A stretch of 64,000 nucleotides of DNA, taken from assembly GCA_964443495.1 (NCBI GenBank), contig CAYUCS010000002.1, positions 196,021 to 260,020 on the forward strand, read 5' to 3'. Shown here piece after piece: positions 1 to 11,000 of the stretch (within the stretch, counting starts at the first letter, position 1; each line of letters starts with the position of its first letter). Made by a program: the position numbers and the translations under genes. Under the pieces are notes generated by a model that saw only the letters and a program-made list of their open reading frames with translations, ran no database searches and had not been told where the DNA came from. Origin of the DNA: an uncultured Gammaproteobacteria bacterium (GTDB lineage Bacteria; Patescibacteriota; Patescibacteriia; Patescibacteriales; GWE2-39-37).

Positions 1-1722
1 CGTCTTTTCCGCCTTGTCTTTCTCGAAGGCGCCAGCGCCTAAGCGGTAATATATCTGCGAAGTGGCCGGCTCGTTGGTCTGCCAAGTGATGATGGTCTGG
101 GTCTTTTCTTCCCGTCCAGGCACGATCGCGATTTCGGTGCGGACTTGGGAAATGACCGGTGCGAGATCGTCTTTCGAAGTTGAGAAATTCTCAATTACTT
201 TGTTGACTACCTCATTCTTCTTGGTCTTGCCCGAAAGTTCGACCTGGTAAATGACGCCGCCTTCGAGCGTATCGGCTTGGATCTGGTGGATAATCGATGA
301 AGTCTTGTCGCTGAACGTCTTGGCCTCACTGACCGCCAGCGCTGTGCCACGGAACGGAATGATGCGCAAGGAAGTGTCGGCCTCTTGGTTGGTCAGCCAG
401 CGAAAGATGGCTTTTTCCGGGGAAACTATATCGACATAATAATTCGTGATACCTGGGGCCTCGGGAGCGCTCTTGAAGATATAATCGATCGATTTAGCAG
501 TCGTGCCGAGCGCCGAACGGTTACGAAGCTGGTAATGGTAGGTCTTGCCGGGCGTCAGGCCGAAGATTGTCACCTGGTGGCTCTTGGTCAGGGCATCAGG
601 ATTGCCCACGATCTGATAATACGGCTCTGGCTGTCCTGGCTTGTACATTTCAGCCGTGGCGAAGGCTAGTTGGGAGCCGGACTCCTTGTCCGTCTGCCAG
701 CTGACCACGGCCTTGTCGCCGTCCATTACGATCTGGGGCGCGCCGACTACGGCTGGCCCGGGAATGCCGGAAATGATACCGCGCAGGCCATTCAGATATT
801 CGATCAAGGTGATTTCCAGGTCGCCGGTCGAGATGTTGGCGGAGTAGCGATTGATTGCATCCATAGTGTCGCGCAAGGCCGCCTGCAAGGAATTCGGCTT
901 CTCTGGTTCAGTCGGCGTGGTGGTGGCCTGCCCCTCGGGCTGCGGCTTCTGCGCCTCTTCTTCCAACGTCAAAGTCTTTAATTTCAAGGGCGAAGAAGTA
1001 GCCAGATTGCCTGAACCGTCGCCGCTCATAACCGTGTAAGTATATTCGGTGTCGGCCAGCAGATTGCTCACAACCACTCGATGATTTTGCACTGCATCCC
1101 ACTGTCCCGAGGTGATTTTCCCTCCCACCAGCTGGTAATACTCGATGAAACTGCTAGCATCCTCGTCCGTTTCCCAGCCGATAGTGGCGGAATTAGCACG
1201 GACGTCCAAAACGGTAATCTTCGATATCTTCGGCGCCACCTTGTCGTTCTTGTCGATAATTAAGACGCCACCGCCGGTTACCGGCTCCACTGGCGGAACC
1301 ACCGCTGCCGCGGCTGTCGTAAAGCTGCGAATTGTCGGATCAATGGTGGTGCCGTTGGTCAGGTTGGTTGATTTTATGCGGAAATAATAAGTCGTGGCTG
1401 CTGCCAATCCTCCGAGCGTGACGTTGTGGGCGGCACCGGTTTTAGCCGAAATGCCTTGTTCCCTACTGTTAGCCAAGCCGGCATCAGTGTCGTACTGCAC
1501 GAAAGCATCGGCGAGAGTATCGGTGTTCCAGCTGACCGTAGCTGTCGTCTCGTTGGCCGTCGCGCCGATATAGGTAATGACCGGCCCGGAACCGGCCGTA
1601 TTTTCAAGATTAGCCTCGTAAATCCTGTAGTTGCTGCTCTGCATCACGGCGGAAGCCGAAAAAGGCAGGCACAACATCAAAATGACGATCGCTATTGCTG
1701 ATTTTTTTACTATGACAAGCAT
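1..1722 (-). CDS. Secreted Fn3-repeat surface protein, 3' end cut by the window edge; paralog of the C-terminal ~500 aa of the 2367-aa ORF at 39781..46884
   Basis: Absent from the supplied ORF track because no stop lies in the window. Minus-strand ATG at 1722..1720 is directly preceded by in-frame TAA (1725..1723), and the frame stays open to nt 1 (574 codons). Translation begins MLVIVKKSAIAIVILMLCLPFSASA (signal peptide). It contains GGGVLIIDKNDKVAPKISKI..IGWETDEDASSFIEYY and ..ITWQTNEPATSQIYY, collinear with GGGTLIIDKTDKVAPKISNI..ISWTTDEASNSFVSYG and ..VSWQTNEPTVGQVQY of the 2367-aa protein. Confidence 0.8.
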   Translation of the reverse strand, partial: MLVIVKKSAIAIVILMLCLPFSASAVMQSSNYRIYEANLENTAGSGPVITYIGATANETTATVSWNTDTLADAFVQYDTDAGLANSREQGISAKTGAAHNVTLGGLAAATTYYFRIKSTNLTNGTTIDPTIRSFTTAAAAVVPPVEPVTGGGVLIIDKNDKVAPKISKITVLDVRANSATIGWETDEDASSFIEYYQLVGGKITSGQWDAVQNHRVVVSNLLADTEYTYTVMSGDGSGNLATSSPLKLKTLTLEEEAQKPQPEGQATTTPTEPEKPNSLQAALRDTMDAINRYSANISTGDLEITLIEYLNGLRGIISGIPGPAVVGAPQIVMDGDKAVVSWQTDKESGSQLAFATAEMYKPGQPEPYYQIVGNPDALTKSHQVTIFGLTPGKTYHYQLRNRSALGTTAKSIDYIFKSAPEAPGITNYYVDIVSPEKAIFRWLTNQEADTSLRIIPFRGTALAVSEAKTFSDKTSSIIHQIQADTLEGGVIYQVELSGKTKKNEVVNKVIENFSTSKDDLAPVISQVRTEIAIVPGREEKTQTIITWQTNEPATSQIYYRLGAGAFEKDKAEKT

Positions 1723-1806
1723 TTATAAACTAAAAAATGGCTTATACTATAAGCTTAACGGCGGCAATCATTTGTCGCTAAAATATTCCCATATACAATA
1801 TATATA

Positions 1807-1815
1807 ATTATACCA
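1807..1815 (-). promoter_or_regulatory. Extended -10 promoter element TGGTATAAT for the 1..1722 gene
   Basis: The reverse complement of 1807..1815 reads TGGTATAAT, ~85 nt upstream of the ATG at 1722. The identical 9-mer sits upstream of the paralogous 2367-aa gene (46940..46948). Confidence 0.55.
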
Positions 1816-2005
1816 TAGAAGCTCTTTTAGACTGAAAGGTCCCGACTAAATACTTTTACCAAGGCAATTAGCTATGACATATTTGTCAAGAAAAAAGCAA
1901 ATAATTTAGTCCTTTTACGGACAATAAAATGCGCTAACATTTGCAAAGGCAAGCAATGGCAGCCCAATGACTTCGATTCATGGATACACTTATGCACAGA
2001 CAAAT

Positions 2006-2041
2006 AAAAAAGTGGCTACCCGCGAAAAGTAGCCACTTTTT
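2006..2041 (-). terminator. Rho-independent terminator downstream of the 5747-aa gene
   Basis: Stem aaaagtggctac / gtagccactttt (12 bp) with a 9-nt loop. A T-run follows on the minus strand and an A-run/T-run on both sides makes it potentially bidirectional. Confidence 0.8.
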
Positions 2042-2051
2042 CAAATTTTAT

Positions 2052-2060
2052 TTATCCACA
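2052..2060 (+). promoter_or_regulatory. Perfect DnaA-box-like 9-mer TTATCCACA (copy 1 of 3), between stop codon and terminator
   Basis: Exact TTATCCACA (10-mer TTTATCCACA) read directly. It lies between the TAG stop (2088..2090) and the terminator hairpin. The function is not established. Confidence 0.4.
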
Positions 2061-2087
2061 GTTACCTCGTCTTTTTTAAAAATCTTC

Positions 2088-5000
2088 CTAGTACTTGTTA
2101 ATCTTGACTGAGCCATCAATCTTCACGCCACCCCGGATGCGGGTCGAACCGCCATCCTCGTCGGCACCGATATCCCAGACACCGCCAATCGGACGCATCT
2201 GGCCATCAATATCTGTCATAAACGGCAAATATGGGTCATTGGCCAGACTTGCACCGGCATCGCGCGCGGCAGTATCGGTGTTGGAAAGGTGAAAATCACT
2301 CGAAGAAGCGTTAACGAAAATTACTGTCTGATTTGTTTTAGCATTGGAGCCATTCGCTGTCGCATCTTTTGAAAGATTGTTAGTCGAGCCAGCTTTCGGC
2401 GTGCCCGTGTAATCAACGCCATTGTTGTATGAGACATTATTCGAGTAGTACGAGTTGCTGGTCTGGGCGATGCCAATCGCATTGCCGTAAACGGTATTAT
2501 TATAAACGGCGGTGATGACGCTTGCTGAATTCAATGCCAATTTTATGCCGGTAGAGCCAGCAAAAGTGAAGCCATAAATAATATTGTTATTAACCTTAAC
2601 CTCTGAATCAGTGCCAGTCCAATAAACACCATGGCTAGCATACGTAGAGCTAGCATTCCAGATGATATTATTGGCAACAACCTGGCCCTTGCCGTAAAAC
2701 GGACTATTAGAAAAAACCCCAGAGCTGCCAAGAGTTTTTATTTGCAAACCCTCGACCTGGAAATAACTGATGTGGGTCGCGATTATTCCCTGTCTTACAA
2801 ACTTAGAATCATCCCATTTTCCAAGATGCCTCTGGCTGCTATTCGCCTCTGAATCGGTATCGTGTGGGGTATAAATACGCACATAGTTGTTCGGTCCCGT
2901 CGTGAAATACCCTATCGAGGACAATCCGCTAGAATCGGGGCCGCCGTCAGAGTAGCAAGGTATATTCAATACATAACCTTCTCCGACCAGATTGTTCGTG
3001 TTGAGATGGGTGCTATTTTTTACTCCAAAATTCTGATAATCGTAATCCTGATATGGAAACGCGTCATTAAGCGAGCCAAATGCATGCGCGATCGAGGCAA
3101 CCGGCGCAGTAGTGGTGGCCACTGGCAGTGTGCCCGTAGCGGAGGTGCAGCTCCAGGCTGTTTGTGATAACTTGCCGGCGATGTAGCACTTGTTTGAGCC
3201 ATAAGTCACCACATCTCCAACGCCCATATTTGAGGCCGTCTGGGCTTCAGAGAAAGTGGCGGTCGAGCCGCTAACCGTCACCGTTGGCGAGCCGGTCTTG
3301 TGGTCGTTCGTATTCTGACCGACAGAGTAATAAATCTGCGCCCCAGTCTCGTCCGCGCCAATATCCCAACCCAAACCCTTGCCTCGCGCCTGAGTATCAA
3401 CGTCCGTATTAAAGGCATAATTCGTGTCAGCTGACAAATCAGCGCCGGCATCGCGGGCGTACTTATCTGACAATTTCAAGCGGTAATCGCTCGACGAAGC
3501 GTCCATAAATTCCACCCTTACCCCATTCTTCGAATTAGTGCCAGGCGCATCAGAAGCAAGATCGGACAAATTATTACCAGATGAAGCGTTAAATGACCCA
3601 TGGTACCCATCACCGCAATTTTGCACAAGGTTATTTTTGGCAGTAAAAGTATTTGCCTCGGTAATTATGCCGTAATCACTATTATAGACAGTATTGTTAT
3701 AAGCGTAAGTAGTTAACCATCGTCCGTAAATGCCGCCGCTTAGCCCCCCACCGCCGGTCGGGGTGCTGAAACCGTAAACCAGATTATTTACTATAAGCAT
3801 TACGCCGGCGTTGCCGCCGCCGGAATAATTGACAATTCCGCCACCGCCGCCAGCATTAGCGCCAGAGACCGCTCCGGTATATTTCACTATGCAGTTGGAC
3901 ACCTCGACCTTGCCCGAACCGCTGGCAGACCTCCTGATGCCGTCATTCGTATAACCTCCCGCGCCCTTGGCCTCCACTTGAAGGCCGTCAATCTTTGCAT
4001 ATGCCGCTGTTATAGTCATCGCATTGCCCGTATCGCTAACTCCCAAAGAATATTTGCCGTTATCCCACTTTCCGCTATGCCGCTGGGTTTGATTGACTTC
4101 TGTCAATACATCGTTCGGCGCATACGCTTTTATATAGTTGGGCACTGCCGTTGTGAGGCCGCCTATTGTTACTATTGTCGTATCCTGGCTGCTGTCATAA
4201 TAGGCTGGCAGGTTAAGCTGCAGGTTGGCGGCGTACATGTCCGTTCCATTCATGTGCGTGGCATTGCCCGCTCCAGCAATGGCGGCCGAAAGCGAAGTGA
4301 ACTCGCGCGTGATGGAATCGACCGGCGAATTGGTGATGTTGGCCGGCATGGTGCCGGTGGCCGTCACCACGTACCAGACGGACGTTGAGGCCTTGCCCGA
4401 TATATAGGCCACCGAACTCGAACTGTTGTAAGTCACGCGGTCGCCCACGCCGATATTCCCTGTCTGCGCCGCTGAGAAGGTGGCCGTGCCCGAAGCGATG
4501 GTCACCGTCGGTGAGCCTGATTTCAAATCATTAGTAGTCTGCCCGACGGAATAATAAACGGCATTAGCCGGCTCATCGGCCCCGACGCTCCATGAACCAG
4601 CCCGACGCATCTGACCGTCCACATCAACATTGAAAGCTGAATTTGCATCAGCGCTCAAATCTGCTCCGGCATTTTTTGCAGCCGAATCTGATGGCGATAG
4701 ATGGAAATCCTTGTTCAAAGAGTCGGCAAACACGATATTTTGCGAAACCTTGTCATGGACATTCCCTCCGCCTGTCACAGTGTAGCCCAGACTGGAATTG
4801 GTAGTAACATTGTAGTCACTGCCGGACGCATAAGTATTGCCGCTGTGGAAATCGGCTACGCACCCGCTTAGCAAATTATTCTTCACCAACGCGATGGCCG
4901 TGCTGATTGCGAACGCCTCTTTGCAATTGACAGCCGTATTATTATAAACGGTCAAATTTCCGGTAGTGCCGGCCCACATAGAAAGCTGCACAGCAATGTT

Positions 5001-8000
5001 ACCAAGCGCTCCGGTCAATGGCTTGAAGTCTTGGAAGATATTATTGCTGATAATAAGATTGCCGACATTGACCGCCCCGGCCGGAAACGAAGAAATGGCA
5101 TAACCTGAATAAATACCGGTGGAAACGGCCTTGAATATGTTATTGCTGATTCTGATATCGCCGTAATCGTTAAGTGTCATGCCACCGCCGCCAGAAAAGC
5201 CTGAATTCACCTTGGCAATCTGCAATCCTTCGAATCGCACATGTTTGGCCGTGATATCGAAGGCGTAATTGTTACTATCTGCAATTTCAATCCTGGACTT
5301 ATAATCATCCCATCTGCCGTTGTGCCGTTGCGACTGATTGACCTCAGCCGTAGTGCTTGCCGGAGCATAAAAATTAATATAATTCGGCTGTGACGTAGTC
5401 CATCCGCTGATCGCCACGCTAGCGGTGTTCGCCCCGGAGTCGTAATACAATGGAAAATTAAGCTGATAATTGCCGGCGTACAAGTCTGACGTATTCAAAT
5501 GATTAGCGTCAATCGCACCTGATTCAGCGGTTGAGATGGAATTATAGGCATGGGCAATGGAATTAACCGTAGCGCCCGTCGCAGCGACCGGGGCGGTGCC
5601 GGTGGCCGTGGCGCAGTACCAAGCCGTGGTCGAAGCCTTTGATGTGATGTAGCATTTTTCAGTCGTGTTGTAGGTGATGACGTCGCCAACGCCTAAATTG
5701 GTAGCGGTCTGGGCGGCGGAGAACGTAGCCAGGCCAGTGGTCGAGCTGACAGTCACCGTCGGCGTACCGGTCTTGTGATCGCTCGTATTTTGTCCAACGG
5801 AATAATAGATAGCGACCGCCCCTTCATCGGCGCCGATATCCCAACCGCCCTGATTGCCGCGAGTGTGGCCGTCAAAGTCGGTACCAAAAGAGAAATTGGC
5901 ATCAGAACTCAAGTCTGCGCCGCGGTTGCGGGCGGTCGAGGAGGCGGCCAGGTGATAATCCTTGTTTAACGCATCAGCGAACTGGACGGTGGTTGTTGTC
6001 ATGGAATTAGCTCCTGGCGCCGTCCCATCGGAAGAAATATTGTTGCCGGCATAATCAAAACCGTAATTTTCGTAACCGACAGCCCCTGGATTGACTTGAA
6101 CGATGTTGTTGTAAATGGATATCGGTCCGCCCACATTAGTACTGAACGAAATGCCGACTTCATTCACGTTAACTACCGTATTGTTATATATGGCGACCTT
6201 TACCGGCTCGTAAGGATAGTTCATTCGGATTCCCTCGCCATAATCGTAAACAATATTATTGAAGACGTAAAAATTGGTATTATTATATCTATTTGTGATG
6301 CCCGACGAACCGATGCTTGGCGTCGTGCTGCCGGTTTTTCTTACGATATTATTGGAAATAATTACCACTGCCGACCTATCATCAACATCAGAGACAATTC
6401 CTTGCAAATTACTTGTCTCATCTATAGCGTTATCGATTTGCAAGCCGTCGATAGTAACGCTGCCGTCAATGATGGCGATATTGTTATATTGCCAATCAAA
6501 ATTTACTCTCGAATTGAATTTATTGTCATCCCATCGTCCCTGATGGCGCTGCGAAGCGTTTGCCTCGCTAGGCGTGTTCGGGGTATAAATCTTGATGATA
6601 TTATTCGGACTGGTCTTGATTCCCTCTATGGTCACATGATCGGTATCGGGCCCGGAATCAAAATAGCACGGCAAATTCAGTTGATGATTGGAGGCGGATA
6701 TATCGGCCGTATTCAGATGGCTGGCGTCGATCGACCCCGCAACGGCATTTGCCAAAGAATCGAATGCGTGCGCAATCGAACCGACCGTAGCGCTCGTAGT
6801 GGCTACTGGCGCCGTGCCGGTGGCAGTTTGGCAATACCAGGCGGTCGTCGAGGCTTTGCTTGTGATATAGCACTTGTCCGAGCCATAGGTGATGACATCG
6901 CCCACGCCCATATTGCTGGCGGTCTGGGCGACACTGAATGTGGCGATCCCGGTGGCCGAGCTTATCGTCACCGTCGGCGAGCCTGTCTTGTGGTCATTCG
7001 TATTCTGGCCGACGGAATAATAGACAGCTGTCGCGCCTTCGTCGGCGCCGATGTCCCACGAACCAGCGCGGGCGTGGCCGTCAATGTCGGTGCTGAAAGC
7101 AAAATTGGCATCAGCGCTCAAATCTGCGCCGATGTTGCGCGCGCTGCTTGAGGCCATCAGATGGAAGTCCTTGTTGGCGGGGTCGATGAATTGGATCGTT
7201 GTCGTAGTCAACGAGTTCGCTCCCGGGGCAGTCCCGTCCGAGGAGATGTTGTTTGAAGAGGAGGCGTTGAAGCTGCCCTGAAAGCAGGTGCCAGCTCCGC
7301 AATTTTGGGCGATGTTGTTCTTTGCAATCATATTGCCGCCAACCGCTACCCTGAATGACCAATAGCTATTGTTCACCGTATTGCCATACGCCACCAGGCT
7401 CGCACCATTGTTGACGACAAAGCCGTCACCGCCATCTCCGGCAATATCATAGCTTATATTATTGTAAGCTACCGCATTGCCAGCGGCGCACTCAAGTATC
7501 GCCCCGTAATTCGTCAGGCCACTTGAAACGATGTTGCTGGAAAAATACGCGGTCGAATTAGTGTCTATCAAATTGGCCCTAAAGGCTTGGACCCAACTAC
7601 CGGTTGATGTAAGTTTAACCTGCAAGCCCTCAATCCTGACATATGAATCACGGACTTCCAGGGCGGTCAGATCGCTGCCCGTGACATCGAGCGAATACTT
7701 GTTGCTATCCCACCTGCCACCATGGCGCTGTGACACATTCGCCTGCGTAGCCGTGTCATTGGGGGTGAATATTTTCAGATAGTTGCTCGGTCCCGTTGTT
7801 CTATCAGAAACGATAAGGTTGGTCGTATCCGGGCCGGAATCATAATATAACGAGAAATTGACTTGGAAATTAGCAGTAACCAAATCATAAGTATTTATAT
7901 GATCAGCATCCGAATAGCCTGCTTCGGCCGCGGCCAATGAGGTGTACTCCCTCTTGATCGAAGTGACCGGAGCGCTGGATGTCGCCTCAGGCAAGGTGCC

Positions 8001-11000
8001 GGTGGCAGTCACCAAATACCAAGCGGAAGTCGAGGCTTTGCCGGAGATATAATAAATAGTATTCGTGGCCACGGTTACTCTGTCGCCCACGCCAATGTTC
8101 CCTGTCTGAGCGGTTGAAAAAGTTGCTAGGCCAGTTGAGCTGGATATAGTGACGGTTGAAGTGCCAGTTTGCAGATCGGCCGTCGATTGACCGACAGAAT
8201 AATAGACTGGGGTTGCACCTTCATCAGCACCGATGTCCCAAGCCGTACCGTTTGGCCGGACATTGCCATCGATGTCAGCGTTAAAGTTAAAATCAATATC
8301 GGAGCTCAAATCAGAACCAGCGTTACGAGCGGCCGATGAGGCAGCAAGATGGTAATCTTTATTAGAGGCATCAACAAACTGAACTGTCGTTGTTGTCAAC
8401 GAATTGCTGCCTGGTGCCGTGCCATCGTATGAGATATTGCTAGTTGATGACGCGTGAAAATCACCGTCATAATCAACGCTGCCGGAATAAACTATATTAT
8501 TTTTTGCCAATATTATACGGCCTCCTCCTCCTGGCCCACGAGTATAAACTCCGTCATTGCCTGCGATTATCGTATTGTTATACAAATAGGTCAAGCCGCT
8601 TATTCCGATGGCGTTGTATGAATCATCTCTAAGACCATCGTCAACATCGTAGATAATATTATTTGAAATGTTTATTGAATAATGGTTTCCGGATTCCGGT
8701 TGAATTCCTATTTTAAAATTACTTGCATTTTTATTGCCCTTTACGATATTTTTATTTATATTGATTCCCGACGTACCATCGCTAATGTCCTGAATCAATA
8801 TTCCATTTGCTGGGTCATATTGGTTGTTGCCGAATTCGATTTGGATTCCCTCAATTTTTACATAATCATCGCTTATCGTAATTCCCGACGCAGGATAATT
8901 CTCAATATCATTCTTTATCGAATATTTCGAATCATCCCACTTGCCTTGATGTCGTTGTGATTGGTTAACCTCGACTGTCGAGCTGGCGGGAGTGTAAATT
9001 TTTATATAATTCGGCTGAGCTGTGGTCCAACCATCAATTGTTACGGCGTTTGCATCGGGACCGCTGTCATTATAGCAAGGAAAATTCAATTGATAATTAC
9101 CGGAATAAAGATTGCTAGTGTTTAAGTAATCTACACCAGTAGCATCAGTTTCTGCCGTATTTAGAGAGTCGAAGGCATGAGTGACTGAATCCACAATTGC
9201 ATCGGTCACTGCAAATGGAACAGTGCCGGTGGCAGCTTGACAATACCACGCCGTGGTCGAGGCCTTGCTCGTGATATAGCACTTGTTGGTCGTGCCATAA
9301 GTAATGACATCCCCCACGCCCATGTTTCCGGCTATTTGTTCTTCTGAAAATGTAGCTAAGCCAGTGGTTGAGCTGACGGTCACGGTCGGCGTGCCCGTCT
9401 TGTGGTCGCTCGTGTTCTGACCGACTGAATAATAAACAGCGACCGCCCCCTCATCAGCGCCGATGTCCCAACCGCCCTGATTGCCACGTGGATGGCCGTC
9501 GATGTCTGTGTTAATTGCCAGATTAGAATCGGCACTCAAATCAGCGCCGACATTACGCGCCGTCGAAGAGGCAGCCAGATGGTAATCCCTATTTAAAACA
9601 TCGGAAAACTGAACGGTTGTAGTAGTCAAAGAGTTAGTTCCAGGTGCCGTACCGTCGGAAGAAATATTATTTCCAGCATAATCGAAACCGTAATTCTCAT
9701 ACGCTATCGCCCCGGGATTTGCTTGGACAACATTATTGTAAATAGATATCGGCCCTCCCAAATTTGTGCTGAACGCAATACCGACTTCATTCACATCGAC
9801 TACCGTATTATTATAAATAGCAACCTTGACCGCCGCATAAGGATAATTCGTGCGAATTCCCTCGCCATAATCGTAAACTATGTTATTCCAGACATAAAGA
9901 CTGGTGTTATTATACCTATTATAAATACCGACCGAACCAGTACTTGGTGTGGTGCTGCCTGTTTTTCTAACTATGTTGTTGGAAATATTGATTACGGCTG
10001 AATTATCATCGACATCAGAAACAATGCCGTTAACATTGCTGGTCGCGTCAATCGCATTATCAACCTGCAAGCCGTCAATGGTGACGCTGCCATCAAGAAT
10101 GATTATGTTTTGATAATCAGTACCGTTGCTTACCTTCATACTAAACTTACCATCGTCCCACACGCCTTGATGTCTCTGGCTCTGATTCGCTTCATTAATG
10201 ACACTGTTTGGCGTATAAATTTTTATAAAATTTGCCGGATTGGCTAGGTATCCATCAACAACTATTTTTGAATCGGGGCCGCTATCGTAATAGCAAGGCC
10301 AATTCAATTGATAGTTGCCGGTCACCAAATCAGAAGTGTTCAAATAACTGGCTCCGCCAGATCCCGCCTCGGCCAAGCTTAGGGAGGAAAAAGCATGCGC
10401 GATTGAAGCCACGGTCGCGCTGGTCGTGGCAACTGGCATGGTGCCGGTAGCGGTCACGCAATACCAAGCGGTGGTGGAGGCTTTGGCCACAATAAAGCAC
10501 TTGTCCGAACCGTAGGTAATGACGTCGCCCACGCCCATATTGACGGCCGTCTGGGCGACGCTGAAGGTGGCTAAGCCGGTGGAGCTAGAGATGGTGACGG
10601 TCGGCGAGCCGGTCTTGTGGTCGCTCGTGTTCTGGCCGACCGAGTAATACACCGCCGTCGCGCCCTCATCAGCACCGACATCCCATTTGCCTGATTGTCG
10701 AGCGTGGCCGTCTATATCTGTTGTGAAAGCGAAATAAATATCCGCGCTCAAATCAGCACCGACGTTGCGCGCCGTCGAAGAGGCGGCCAAATGGAAATCA
10801 TCATTGGCATAATCGGCGAACTGCACAGTGGTCGTGGTCAGCGAGTTGGACCCGGGGGCGGTGCCATCGGAAGAGATGTTGTTTGAGGAAGAGGCGGAAT
10901 ACCCGGTTCCGAAGTTGATGTCCGTATTCTGGATAATATTGTTTCTCAATGAAATATTCGCCTTAGTGCCGGGAGTTACGCCGTAATCAGAGTTGATTAT

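Noticed and set aside
6096-7151. Long plus-strand ORFs inside the giant genes (for example 6096..7151, 14652..15398, 16071..16691, 20231..20965, 12813..13289, 27311..27763, 29954..30448)
   Set aside because: They are antisense shadows of uninterrupted 13-17 kb minus-strand ORFs. They recur at the module period, have Arg/Gly/Ile-rich low-complexity translations, and have no start signals.
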